DNA from: Octopus vulgaris
Lineage: Eukaryota
Assembly (NCBI GenBank): GCA_951406725.2
Contig: OX597841.1
Location: 12,028,001 to 12,092,000 of the forward strand
Direction of reading: 5' to 3'
DNA: 64,000 bases
Shown: one piece after another, positions 41,436 through 56,141 of the stretch
How the letters are laid out: the number at the start of each line of letters is the position of its first letter
How positions within the stretch are numbered: the stretch's first letter is position 1
Notes under the pieces: generated by a model
Seen by the model: the letters and a program-made list of their open reading frames with translations, nothing else
What the model was told of the DNA's origin: nothing
The model's database searches: none
Program-made: the position numbers and the translations under genes

Positions 41436-41694
41436 TTGCAGCGTGGAAGGTGTTTGTAAGCCATTTAAGAAACACACAAAAACCGTTACATTCACTTCAA
41501 CATTTAAATTTAATTTGCCAAAATATTTTCGTCGCTTTGAGACCGCCACCTGTTCACTGACAAAAATATCGTGCTAACAGGTCGCGGTCTCAAAGCGACG
41601 AAAATATTTTGACAAATTAAATTTAAATGTTGAAGTGAATCTAACGGTTTTTGTGTGTTTCTTAAATGGCTTATAAACACCTTCAACGCTGCAA
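41436..41694. repeat. Inverted repeat with arms of about 120 bp and a spacer of about 21 bp (Penelope pLTR-like)
   Basis: 41436-41554 is the reverse complement of 41576-41694 with few mismatches. The right arm continues beyond the left, so it is asymmetric, unlike a MITE. Confidence 0.9.
41514..41564 (-). ncRNA. Candidate minimal type-I hammerhead ribozyme with variant core
   Basis: Minus strand: UUUGUCA-GUGAACA-G-GUGGC-loop-GCGAC-GAA-AAUAUU-U-UGGCAAA, giving stem I, core, stem II, GAAA, palindromic stem III and UH. Confidence 0.55.
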
Positions 41695-41859
41695 CTGTTT
41701 TCGTTCCAGCACACGATCTCAGATCAAGTCACTTGCTATGCAAGTACATCTCTGTAACTATATATATATTATATATATATATATATATATGTATATTGGT
41801 AAAAACAGTAAGATAACAAAAGAAAGAAAGAGACCTCAATATTATGTAAATAGAGGAAA

Positions 41860-42254
41860 TCTTTATAGATAAAAGTGAGGTTGTGTGTCTGTCTCCTACG
41901 ATTTAGATTCCTAACTACTCCCACATTTTGCGGTGCAGTTTAACCAAAACCGGGTATCTTATAGTCGTGATTCATATCGAGACCGTCTGGGTATTAGCGC
42001 GCGTCTACGATGAGTCTACGATTTATAAAAAAATTTACCATCAATTTTTCCAATTTTTAATACATTTTTGACATATATAAGGGAAGTAACTCTCTAAAAT
42101 TTATTATTAAATCTCAGAACGTAAAAAGCTACAGTAACACCCCTCCCCCTTTGTGGTTAGCCATATTGAGATGGCTATTATACTTTACATCTCTAAAAAT
42201 GCTTATATAATTATTTCCCTTACAAACCCGAGCAACGCCGGGCGATACTGCTAG
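41860..42254 (+). mobile_element. Non-autonomous Helitron
   Basis: A|TCTTTATAGATAAAAG...CCCGAGCAACGCCGGG hairpin...CTAG|T: canonical termini, AT target, no TSD. Confidence 0.88.
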
Positions 42255-42267
42255 TGTGTATATATAT

Positions 42268-42580
42268 GAGTGGCTGTGTGGTAAGTAGCTTGCTTACGAA
42301 CCACATGGTTCCGGGTTCTATCCCAATGCATGGCACCTTGGGCAAGTGTCTTCTACTATAGCCTTGTGAGTGGATTTGGTAGACGGAAACTGAAGGAAGC
42401 CCGCCATGTGTATATATATATATATATATTTGAGAGTTTGTGTATGTATATGTTCGTCCCCACCAACATCGCTTGGCAACCGATGCTGTGTTTACTGCAA
42501 AAGAGACCGATAGAATAAGTACTAGGCTTACAAAGAATACGTCCTGGGGTCGATTTGCTTGACCAAAGTCGGTGCTCCAT
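42268..42580 (+). mobile_element. tRNA-derived SINE, slightly truncated
   Basis: gagtggctgtgtggtaagtagcttgc head, B box, linker and partial tail. Confidence 0.85.
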
Positions 42581-42879
42581 CAAAAAAGAGAGAAAAACAC
42601 GTTTTCACTCTCTAAATATCGACTTCTTTCATAAACAACCAAGTTGATTTGTTATTGGGCTCCTAGACTGAACAATTGCATGATCTTGTATGGATCTGAG
42701 AGTAATTTGACTGCTATTTCTAGCCACCCCAAGTTAGCCTTGTTAATCATGTGAACGTCTAAAGAACTGAAAGTTATTTTAACAGTTGACAAACCAAATT
42801 CTAGTCAAGAACTCGTTTAAAAATTGCTGAGCCTTAACAGAAACCATTAACATTTGAAGTAATAGACTTATTTTTAAAG

Positions 42880-42910
<31 letters not shown>

Positions 42911-43060
42911 TGTGTGTGTCTGTTTGTCCCCAAACATTGCTACACAACGGATGTTAGTCTGTTTACGTCCCCATAACTTAGAGGTTCAGCGAAAGAGATT
43001 GATAGAATAAGTACTAGGCCTACAAAGAATAAGTCCTGGGGTCGATATGCTCGACTGAAG

Positions 43061-43115
<55 letters not shown>

Positions 43116-43827
43116 CTGGAGCGCCGCCTTTAGTCGAGCACATCATACACAGCACTTCTTTGTAAGCCTAGTATTTATTCTAACTTGTTCTCTTTTGCCG
43201 AACCGCTAAAATACAGGGAGTAAAACACACCTCTATCGGTTAAAAGCATCAACAACTACAGTCAATCGAAGATAATGACCAAACTGTCTACCAATTCAGA
43301 CACTCAAACACGCGGACAAACACAGAAATGAAGACAGTTACATACCTGCACATGCACAAACACACAGACATACACATATAGAAATGAAAAATACACACTT
43401 ACACATTCAAACTCTCACACTCACACAAACACACACACACACACACACACACACGCACCCACACACAGAAATGAAAACACAGTTACACAATCACACATAA
43501 AACCCTAACCCTAACTAGCACAAACATACAATTTATTCAGAATGTAAAGGGGCATTGGGTGCTTTGCACTCGCAGTTAGAATATCAGCTCCCTCCACGCC
43601 AGTATGAGAATTTCTTTCATCCACTTGTGAAATTAATACATTGTCGACACATGACAAAAATATGAGCAACATCTGAAGTCACTAAAGGTGCAATAAATTG
43701 AACTTATTTTGATTTAGTAGTTAGTGATCTCAAATGTGGGTATCTTAGCAATGGTCAGTGTCGCACACACACAAGCAAATAGAAACACTCAGTCGCTCAC
43801 ACACTCGCGCACACAGAAATAAAAACA

Positions 43828-43859
<32 letters not shown>

Positions 43860-44339
43860 AACACTGAAATGAAAACACACACACAAACACTGAAATGAAA
43901 ATACCCACACTCACATAAATAAAAACAGTCCCACACTCACAAGGAGCCCCAATAGGTATATAAAAAAAGTTTCTAGTATCTTTCCTAGCCCATAATTTAT
44001 GATAATTGTAGTTCTAACAATAAATAAATACCTACTAATTCAGTACATCGAACATTACGTCCCCGTAAATTATCGGTTCTGCAAAAGAGAACAATACGTT
44101 AAGTACTAGGAATACAAAAATAAGTCCTGGGGTCTATTTGCTCGACTAAATGCGGTACACCACAATTTAATAACAATAATATAATTATATGCAAGGTAAG
44201 TAAATCTATATGATATTTTGTAGTTATCTCACTAACTTACGGTGACGTAAACACATCAGAATCGGTTGTCAAGCAATTTTGAGGACAAAAACGCAGACAG
44301 AAACATAGACACACACATACATATGTGTGTGCGTGTGTG

Positions 44340-45610
<1,271 letters not shown>

Positions 45611-47605
45611 ATTCATCAGTCCCATGAAAAGGAGAGAGCAGATAAAGAAGCTTGGGTAATAGAAAATAGAAAATCAAACCCTAAAGCTTTCTTTAAGTTT
45701 GCCAAAGAGACAGCCACAGTGCACCAGAGAATAGGACCTCTCTTCCAAAAAGATGGCTCTCTCACAGGAAATCCCACGAGGATAAGTGAAATACTGAACG
45801 AACAGTTCCAAAGTGTGTTCACTACACCTCTAGGACACAGGCAAGTAAACAACCCAGAAGAATTCTTTGCCACTTTACCAGCGGCCAAAGAGACAAAAAT
45901 TGAGTACATCAACATCGAAGAAGATGATATCACACTAGCCATTGATGAGATTGACACAAACTCAGCTGCTGGACCTGATGGATTCCCAGCGATCCTTCTC
46001 AAATCGTGCAAACGAGCCCTTGCAAAACCACTACAGCTTCTTTTTCAGAGCTTTCTTGCAAGTGGTAAGCTCCCAGTCAAACTGAAAGAGGGGGTAATAT
46101 GCCCTATCCATAAGGGAGGTAGCAGAGCAGATGCTAAAAATTATAGGCCTATCTCTCTGACCTCACACATCAGCAAAGTCATGGAACGAATAGTCCGTAA
46201 GAAACTAATCATGTTCCTTGAAGAAAATGACTTACTGTCTGACACCCAGCATGGATTTCGACCAGGTAGAGGCTGCCTAACACAGCTCCTGCAACACTAT
46301 GACTGGGTGTTGAAACAGCTACTAAATGGCTCAAATGTGGATGTAATATATCTTGACTTTGCAAAAGCCTTTGATAAAGTCGACCATGATATGATCTGTC
46401 ACAAACTGCGTGGTCTCGGCATAGGCGGGAAACTTGGAGAGTGGCTGCACAACTTCCTAAAAGACAGAAAACAGGCAGTTGTGAGCAATGGAGCCACCTC
46501 CAGGGAAACGCAAATAACAAGCGGTGTCCCACAGGGCACTGTCTTGGGGCCACTGATGTTCATAGTGGCCCTTTCAGACATGCCTTCAGTTGCTACGATG
46601 ACCACCCTTGCTAGCTATGCAGATGACACAAAAGTCTCCCACGCAATACAAAACCCTGAAAATATTGCGCATCTGCAACATGAGCTGGACACAATATACA
46701 GGTGGGCTGAGGACAACAACATGCAGTTTAATGCAGGTAAGTTCCAGGCCCTGCGCTACTGGCACACAAAGGTAAATGACGTGCATACTGGATACACTGG
46801 CCCAGGAAGAATTGCAATCCCTGAGTCAAAATCAGTGCGTGACCTGGGCATTGACATGAGCAATGATGCATCTTTCCAAATGCATATTGCTAATCTGGTG
46901 ATAAAATGCAGACGGCTAGCTGGATGGATTCTCCGAACTTTCAGAACAAGAGAGGAGACACTGATGGTCCTATGGAAAACATTTGTCCTCAGCCGCTTGG
47001 ACTACTGCTCCCAACTTTGGTCAACACACAATATAAAACAAACAGCAGAACTCGAAGCAACTCAGAGAAGCTACACAAAGAAAATCGTCTCAATGCGAAA
47101 TGTCAGCTACTGGGAAAGACTGAAGGTATTAAACCTCTTCTCCCTGGAGCGGAGGCAGGAGAGATATGCAGTGATATACATCTGGAAAATCCTGGAGGGT
47201 CTTGTCCCAAACTTTGGCATTCAAAGTTACTCCAACCGCAGAACGGGGGCCGCTGCGTGGTGCCAAGGATTCCAACATCACCATCAAAATACAGGTCCAG
47301 ATACTGCAACAGCTTGGGTTTCAGAGGACCACAGCTCTTTAACATCCTCCCTAAATGCCTGAGAGACTTACATGGTGTGGATGTGGGTTTCTTTAAAACT
47401 AAACTGGATCTCTTCTTGTTGGGAGTCCCAGATGAACCTACCTCACGACAGGAGACACGGATGCGGGCAGCAGCATCGAACTCCCTTGTTGATCAAGTGC
47501 CACGTATCAGAGGTGGATTCACAAACTAGTGTAGCTCATTCAGCGGTGGTGCCCCAGCATGGCCGCGGCCTTCGGGCTAAAACATTTTTAAGGATTTAAG
47601 GATTT
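45611..47605 (+). mobile_element. CR1-group LINE family B, 5'-truncated with near-intact RT
   Basis: Open frame through [41 protein letters not shown] and RLDYCSQLW. One frameshift near 47245, stop at 47529, tail (AGGATTTA)2. Confidence 0.94.
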
Positions 47606-47630
47606 ATATATATATCTTTATGTGTATATG

Positions 47631-47661
<31 letters not shown>

Positions 47662-47670
47662 CTTTATGTG

Positions 47671-47727
<57 letters not shown>

Positions 47728-50377
47728 GTATATATAAATGCTGGACCACCGCCATTATTCGAGCACATCGTGCGCAGCACTTATTCTTTCTAAGCCTAGT
47801 ATTTATTCTAACTTATTCTTTTTGGTCGAACCACTAAAATACAGGGAGGAAAACATACCAGCATCGGTTGAAAAATCTACTGTAGCCCAGGGCCGACAAA
47901 AGCCTTGTGATTGGATTTGTTAGACGGATTTGTTAGAAGATTGTCGTATATATATGTAACAGTGGCTGTGGTATGTAACTTGCTTTCAAACACACCAGCA
48001 TCGGTTAAAAAATCTAACCCTAACCCTAACAAATCAGTCAATCGAAGATAATGACCAAACTGTCTACTCTTATCCACCAGTTCCAACACGATTTAACAAA
48101 AAAGGAGACAAATTGCTTGACTAGATTTCACTGCAAAGCCAGTAACATCTGTGGACTTCCCAAAATCTAAAGAAGTTAAGCCATAAACAAAACCTGTAAC
48201 AAGTTAACTTCTATAGTCATAAATATTCCACACCCGAGAGATCTTCGAATGAGGCCAATTATGGCCGATCCAGGTATGTAGATACGGGGGGCATTGGGTG
48301 CTTAACACTTGCAAATCTGACGTCGCTAAAGGTGCAATAAATTGAACTTCTTTTCATTTAGCAGTTAGTGATCTGCAAATGTGGGTATCTTGGAGATGCT
48401 TCAAGTGTTTCTTGTAGCTGTAATTGTCGCACACACACAAACGAATAAAAACACAGTCGCTCACACACACGTACACACACAAATAAAATCATTGGTATCT
48501 CTGATTTTTACAGAAGCGAGTACTCTTAACATTTCTACAAGAGTTTACTGGCTGTCGGAGGTCCTGTTTATATTGACTGTTGTTTTCACCAAGTCATTTA
48601 TTTATTAAAAAATATATATATATATATATAAACTATGAGCTATGGTTAGATGTGTGTATTTCCATTTCTGTGTGTGCGACTACGTGCTTTTATATACATG
48701 TGTGTGTGTGTGTGTGTGTGTATGTATATATATATATATATATATATATACATACATATATATATATGTCTACATCCCCGTAACTTAGAGGTTCAGTAAA
48801 AGAGACTGTTAGAATAAGTACTAGACCTACAAAGAATAAGTCCTGGGGTCGATATGCTCGACTGAAGGTATTGTTCCAGCATGGCCACAGTTAAATGACT
48901 GAAACAAGTAAATGAGAGTAAAAGAGTAAATAGCGACAAAAGTCTATAACCTGTTCACTAGGGAGATAGCTGAAAATATCTCCTAATCGTCATATAATAC
49001 CTTTCATGTTGTAATTTCTGTAATAGGTGTGTTCGTTTTACGACTACGAAAGATGACACGACCATGCGCACACCAACAGAGACACATACACATCCAAGTA
49101 ATCTGCTGGTACCTTTAACAAATAAACATTGACTAGCTGATCATTTACATTTCACTACACCCCACAAATATATAAAGTAATAATGTTATCTAGTACTACC
49201 CTTCGGACATAATCAAGTTTATTTTTTGCTTTAGATAGTATATATGCGTGTGTGGGTATATACATGTATTCTTTGTAAGCCTAGTATTTATTCTAACTTA
49301 TTCTCTTTTGCCAAACCGCTAAAATACAGGGAGTAAGACACACCAGCATCGGTTAAAAACATCAACAACTACAGTCATACGAGGATAATGACCAAACTGT
49401 CTACTCTTATCCACCAGTTCCAACACGATTTAACAAAAAAGGAGACAAATTGCTTGACTAGATTTCACTGCAAAGCCAGTAACATCTGTGGACTTCCCAA
49501 AATCTACAAAAGTTAAGCCATAAACAAAACCTGTAACAAGTTAACTTCTATAGTCATAAATATTCCACACCCGAGAGATCTCCGAATGAGGCCAATTATG
49601 GCCGATCCAGGTATGTAGCTACAGGGAGCATTGGGTGCTTAACAATCGCAAATCTGAAGTCGCAATAAATTGAACTTCTTTTCATTTAGCAGCTAGTGAT
49701 TTGCAAATGTGGGTATCTTGGAGATGCTTAAAGTGTTTGTTGTAGCTGTAATTGTCGCACACACACAAACGAATAAAAACACAGTCGCTCACACACACGT
49801 ACACACAGAGATAAAAACAATCACACAAACAGAAACACTGAAATGAAAATACCGACACGCACAAATAAAAACAGTTCCACGTACACAAACACTGATACAT
49901 GTAGGGAAGTAACTCTGGAAGATTTTGTAATTATCTCCCTTTCAAGAGTTCCTTCCCTTGCCTTGTATATTTAACAATTATTAGTATATGTGAGGGAAGT
50001 AACACTGGAAGATATTGGAGTTATCTTCCTTCGTAGAGTTACTTACCTTGCATATTATAATTTAATAGCTAATAATATGCGAGGGGAGTAACTCTAGAAA
50101 GGAAGATAACTACAAAAATCTTCCAGATTTACTTCCCTTACATTTACTTTAAATCTTTTCCTGGTTTAGTTATTTGACTGTGCCCATGCTGGAGCACAGC
50201 CTTTTCTAGAGCAAATCGACAATGGGACTTTTATCAACTTCAGTCTAGTATTTATTCTGTTGGTCTTCTTTTCCCGAAGGGATAAGTTAATGGAGTGTAA
50301 ACATCACCGGCATCGGTTTTGGGGACATCGAAAAATACACACATATACATATAAATATCTATATGTATATACATGTT

Positions 50378-50416
<39 letters not shown>

Positions 50417-50431
50417 CTATGTCTCTCTCTC

Positions 50432-50481
<50 letters not shown>

Positions 50482-52417
50482 CTATCTTCTTCGAGCACAT
50501 CGTCAGCAGCACTTATTCTTTTCTGCCGAGCCGCTGAAATACAGGGAGTAAAACACACCTGTATCGGTTACAGTCGTTCGAAGGTAATGGCCAAACTGTC
50601 TACTCTTATCCACCAGTTCCAACACGATTTAACCAAAAATGAGACAAATTGCTTGACTAGATTTCACTGCAAAGCCAGTAACATCTATGAACTTCCCAAA
50701 ATCTAAAGAAGTTAAGCCATAAACAAAACCTGTAACAAGTTAACTTCTATAGTTATAAATATTCCACACCCGAGAGGTCTCCGAATGAGGCCAATTATGG
50801 CCGATCCAGGTATGTAGATACGGGGTGCTTAACACTCGCAAATCTGAAGTCGCTAAAGGTGCAATGAATTGAACTTCTTTTCATTTAGAACTTAGGGATC
50901 TGCAAATGTGGGTATCTTAGAGATGCTTAAAGTGTTTCTTGTAGCTGTAATTGTCGCACACACACAAACGAATAAAAACACAGTCGCTCACGTACACACA
51001 GAAATAAAAACATTCACACAAACACAAACACTGAAATGAAAATACCAACACACACAAACATATAAAAACAGTACCACGCACACAAACACTGAAAAAAAAA
51101 TTCTCACAAAAACACTCACATACGCACAAATGAAAATACACAGCTACATATTCAAACACTCAAACACGCGGACAAACACAGAAATGAAGACAGTTACATA
51201 CATACACATGCACAAACACAGACACACACAAATAGAAATGAAAAATACAGTTACACATCCAAACTCTCACACACTCACATACGCACAAACACACACTAAC
51301 ACACACAAACATACGCACCCACACACAGAAATGAAAACGCAGTTACACACTCACACATAAAACCCTAACCCTAAATAGCACAAACATACAATTTATTCAG
51401 AATGTAAAGGGGCGTTGGGTGCATTGAACTCGCAGTTAGAATATCAGCCCCCTCCACGCCAGTATGAGAATTTCTTTTATCCACTTGTGAAATTAATACA
51501 CTATCGACACATGGGAAAAATATGAGCAACATCTCAAGTCACTAAAGGTGCAATAAATTGAACTTATTTTGATTTAGTACTTAGTGATCTCAAATGTGGG
51601 TATCTTAGAAATGGTCAAAGTGCTTGTTGCATTTCTGTCGCACACACACAAACAAATAGAAACACTCAGTCGCTCACACACTCGCGCACACAGAAATAAA
51701 AACACTCTCTCACACACACACAAACACTGAAATGAAAATACCGGCACTCACTTAAATAAAAACAGTCCCACACATGCAAGGAGCCCCAATAGGTATATCA
51801 AAAAAGTTTCTAGTATCTTTCTTAGCCCATAATTTATGATAATTGAAGTTCTTACAATAAATAAATACCTACTAATTCAGTACATCGAACATTACGTCCC
51901 CGTAACTTATCGGATCTGCAAAAGAGACCTATACGTTAAGTAATAGGCATACAAAGAATAATTCCTGTGGTTGATTTGCTTGACTAAAGGCGGTGCTCCA
52001 CCATGGTCACAGTGAAATAACTGAAAGTGTATGTTACGAGAACTACATACTTAAGGGAGATAACTACAAAGTATCTTCTACAGTTACTTCCCTTGAATAT
52101 TATATTTTAACAATAATAAAATAATATGCAAGAGAAATTAACTCTCGGAAGGGAGACAACTAGATAACATCTTCCAGAGTTACTTTCCTTACATATAATT
52201 ATATTACTTTGATTAAATTATAATGTACAGAGGGAAATAACTCTCGAAAATATTATTCAGACATGACACACTTTTACGATTTTTTGGAGTTTAACTGCTC
52301 TCTCTATTGAGTCTGATATCCCATTATGGCCATCCCTTATATGTTTAAATATCTATATGTATATACATATATCTGTCAATATATACCTGTCTCTCTCTCT
52401 CTCTCTCTCTCTTTATA

Positions 52418-52457
<40 letters not shown>

Positions 52458-53519
52458 CACCTATCTATATACGACGGGCTACTTTCTGTTTCCGTGTACC
52501 AAATCTACTCAGAAATGTTGGTCTGTCCGAGGCTATATTGGAAGACACTTGCCCATGGGGCCACGTAGTTGGACTGAACCAGAATCACCGTGTTTGGAAA
52601 GGAAGCTACATACCACAGCCACTCTTACTACTACATACATATGTATATATATATATACGACAGTCTTCTTTTAGTTTCCGTCTCCCAAATCCACTCACAA
52701 GGCTTGGGTCGGCCCGAGACTATAGTAGAAGACATTTGCCCAACATGCCACCCAGTGAGACTGAACTCGGAAACATTTGTTAGGTAAGCAATCTAATTCC
52801 CATTCAGACACTACTGTTTGTTAACCGGACAAGTTCAAGGTGAGCCCTAATTGTTTGTATGTAAATGAGTTCATTAATGAGGTCCGGAACTTTCACGGCT
52901 GGTTCCCATAAGACAATGCAACCACCTTGGGTATAGGTGGACTGTGCTCACACACGCAAAAACACCTACACGTCCGCACTCACGAATATAGATACATGCA
53001 AAGACGCAATCTCGTACCTATTTATGTTTTAAATATGTTGACCTTAAAACTGTGACATTCTGGAAACACACGTCCACACCCATGCACATAGAGACATGCA
53101 TGTACGCAAACTCGTAGCTATTTATGTTTTAAACATGTTGACCTTTAAACCGTGACATTCTGTGTCTGTTTGTGCGCGCATTTCTGTGAGAATGATTGCT
53201 CACGAACCGCAATGCGATGAGTTCAATCCAACAGCGTTGCACCCTGGTAAGTGTATTCAACTATAGCCTTGGGCCGACCAAAGTATGCTGAGTGGAGTTA
53301 GTAGAGGGAAACTAAAAGAAGCCCGTTGTATATATGAATATCGGCGTAGCAATGGCTATGTTGTAAGTAGTTCGCTTGCGAACCACATGGTTTGGTGTTC
53401 ACTCCCACTGCCTGTCATCTTATGCCATTGTCTACTACTGTACCCCAAGGCCGAACTAATCCTTGTGATTGGATTTAGTGGAAGGAAACTGAAAAAATAC
53501 CATCGTATATATATTTAAA

Positions 53520-53552
<33 letters not shown>

Positions 53553-55037
53553 TTGTTCGCACTCGAAGGGCACACGAGAATGAACGGACACACGTACTAT
53601 CACACATACAGATGCAAGTTTTCTTAATAAAACGGAAAGAACTCCCGTTCCATCCCTTACAGTTTCTTTTTTGTTTTAGACACTACATATACATGCGTGG
53701 GTATATACACGTATATCTGTATGTGTATGTCTGAGTGAAACACTTTCGCGGGTGGGTCACATTAGCCGATGTGACAACCTTGGGTATGTGTGGACTGTCC
53801 TCACACACGCACAAATACCCACACTTCCGCACTCATGCACATAGATACATGCAAAGCTATTTCATGTTTTAAATATGTTGACCTTAAAACCGTGACATTC
53901 TTAAAAAATTTTATGAGTGTCTGGGTCAGCCAATATGTGTGCTTTCATCTCTGTGTCTGTTTGCGCTCGCGCATGTGTGTGAGAGTGTTTGCTCACCAAC
54001 CTCAATGTGCTGGGTTCAATCCAACATCGTGGCACCTTCGGCAAGTATATTCAACTATACCCCCGGGCCGACAAAAGTATTCTGAGTAGGGTTGGTAGAG
54101 GGAAACCGAAAGAAGACCGTCGTGTATATGAATATCGGCGCAGGAATGGCTGTGGTAAGTAGTTTGCCTACGAACCACATGGTTTCAGCTTCATTCCCAC
54201 TGCCTCTCATCTTGTCCAATTGTCTTCTAAACCTAAACCTAACCCTAATCCATTCCAGCCTATTATTATTCAAACACTATTTACGTATCCTAATGTTAAA
54301 TTGTATTAGTATCAATCAACGGATGTAACTCTTGTCAAGTAAGGGATGTAGAAGGAGTTACTTTCCTTGGTTTGAGATTCATTTTTATATTTAAGTGCTG
54401 TAAGTTTAAATGCCAAAGGGAGATGAAACTATGAGTTAGGGTTAAATGTGTGTATTTCCATTTCTGTGTGTGCGAATACGTGCTTTTATATACATGTGTG
54501 TATGTGTGTGTGTATATATATATATGTCTAGGTCTCCGTAACTTAGAGGTTCAGCGAAAGAGACTGTTAGAATAAGTACTAGACTTACAAAGAATAATCC
54601 TGGGGTCGATATGCTCAACTGAAGGTGTTGTTCCAGCATGGCCACAGTTAAATGACTGAAACAAGTAAATGAGAGTAAAAGAGTAAATAGCGACAAAAGT
54701 CTATAACCTGTTCACTAGGGAGATAGCTGAAAATATCTCCTAATCGTCATATAATACCTTTCATGTTGTAATTTCTGTAATAGGTGTGTTCGTTTTACGA
54801 CTACGAAAGATGACACGACCATGCGCACACCAACAGAGACACATACACATCCAAGTAATCTGCTGGTACCTTTAACAAATAAACATTGACTAGCTGATCA
54901 TTTACATTTCACTACACCCCACAAATATATAAAGTAATAATGTTATCTAGTACTACCCTTCGGACATAATCAAGTTTATTTTTTGCTTTAGATAGTATAT
55001 ATGCGTGTGTGGGTATATAGACGTATATCTGTATGTA

Positions 55038-55081
<44 letters not shown>

Positions 55082-55977
55082 CTGGAGCGCCGCCTTTAGT
55101 CGAGCACATCGTCCGCAGCACTTATTCTTTGTAATCCTAGTATTTATTCTAACTTGTTCTCTTTTGCCGAACCGCTAAAATACAGGGAATAAAACACACC
55201 AGCATCGGTTAAAAACATCAAAAACTACAGTCAATCGAAGATAATGACCAAACTGTCTACTCTTATCCACCAGTTCCAACACGATTTAACAAAAAAGGAG
55301 ACAAATTGCTTGACTAGACTTGACTGCAAAGCCATTAATGTCTATGGACTTAAACAAAACATGTAACAAGTCGCAATAAATTGAACTTCTTTTCATTCAG
55401 CAGTTAGTGATTTTCAAATGTGGGTATCTTAGAGATGCTTAAAGTGTTTGTTGTAGCTGGAATTGTCGCACACACACAAACGAATAAAAACGCACAGACG
55501 CTCACACACATGTACACACAGAAATGAAAACATTCACACAACACAAACAATGAAATTAAAATACCAAAACACACTTTCACACACACACAAATAAAAACAG
55601 TCCAACGAACAAAAACACTGAAAAAATACTCACACACTCACATACGCACAAACACACACAGAAGTGAAAATACACATCTATATATTCACACACTCAAACA
55701 CGCGGACAAATAGAGAAAAGAAAATATTTACATACCTACACACTCGAAGACACAGAAAAGAAAACACTCATACGAACATGCTCAAACACACAGACATACA
55801 CATATAGAAATGAAAAATACAGTTACACATCCAAACTCTCACACACTTACACACGCACAAACACACACACACACATAAATGAAAATAGTCACACACACAC
55901 ACATACGCACCCACACACAGAAATGAAAACACAGTTACACACTCACACATAAAACCCTAACCCTAACTAGCACAAAC

Positions 55978-56141
55978 AAGCTGCCAGACGAGATGGTGAA
56001 GATGCCGACGACCGCTTTGTTCAAAGCCTCCCTGAACCTCAAGTGGCCTGAACTCTTTAGATGAACACCACCCTGTACTTAACTCCATGTCCCCCTACAT
56101 GGCCTTGCTATTTGCTTTTGAGCCAAATTAACTAACTAACT
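55978..56141 (+). mobile_element. Short 3' end of a third CR1/L2-type LINE
   Basis: KLPDEMVKMPTTALFKASLNLKWPELFR*, (TAAC)n tail, AAAC duplication. Empty sites at about 6835, 43520 and 51380. Confidence 0.8.

Noticed and set aside
41436-41694. MITE or miRNA hairpin
   Set aside because: No TSD, the right arm continues past the left, and the arms are truncated asymmetrically at the centre. This fits an inverted pLTR better.
54226-54445. True telomere or fusion site (CCTAAA/CCCTAA … TTAGGGTTA)
   Set aside because: Only 2-4 degenerate units within repeat modules, too short to support the call.
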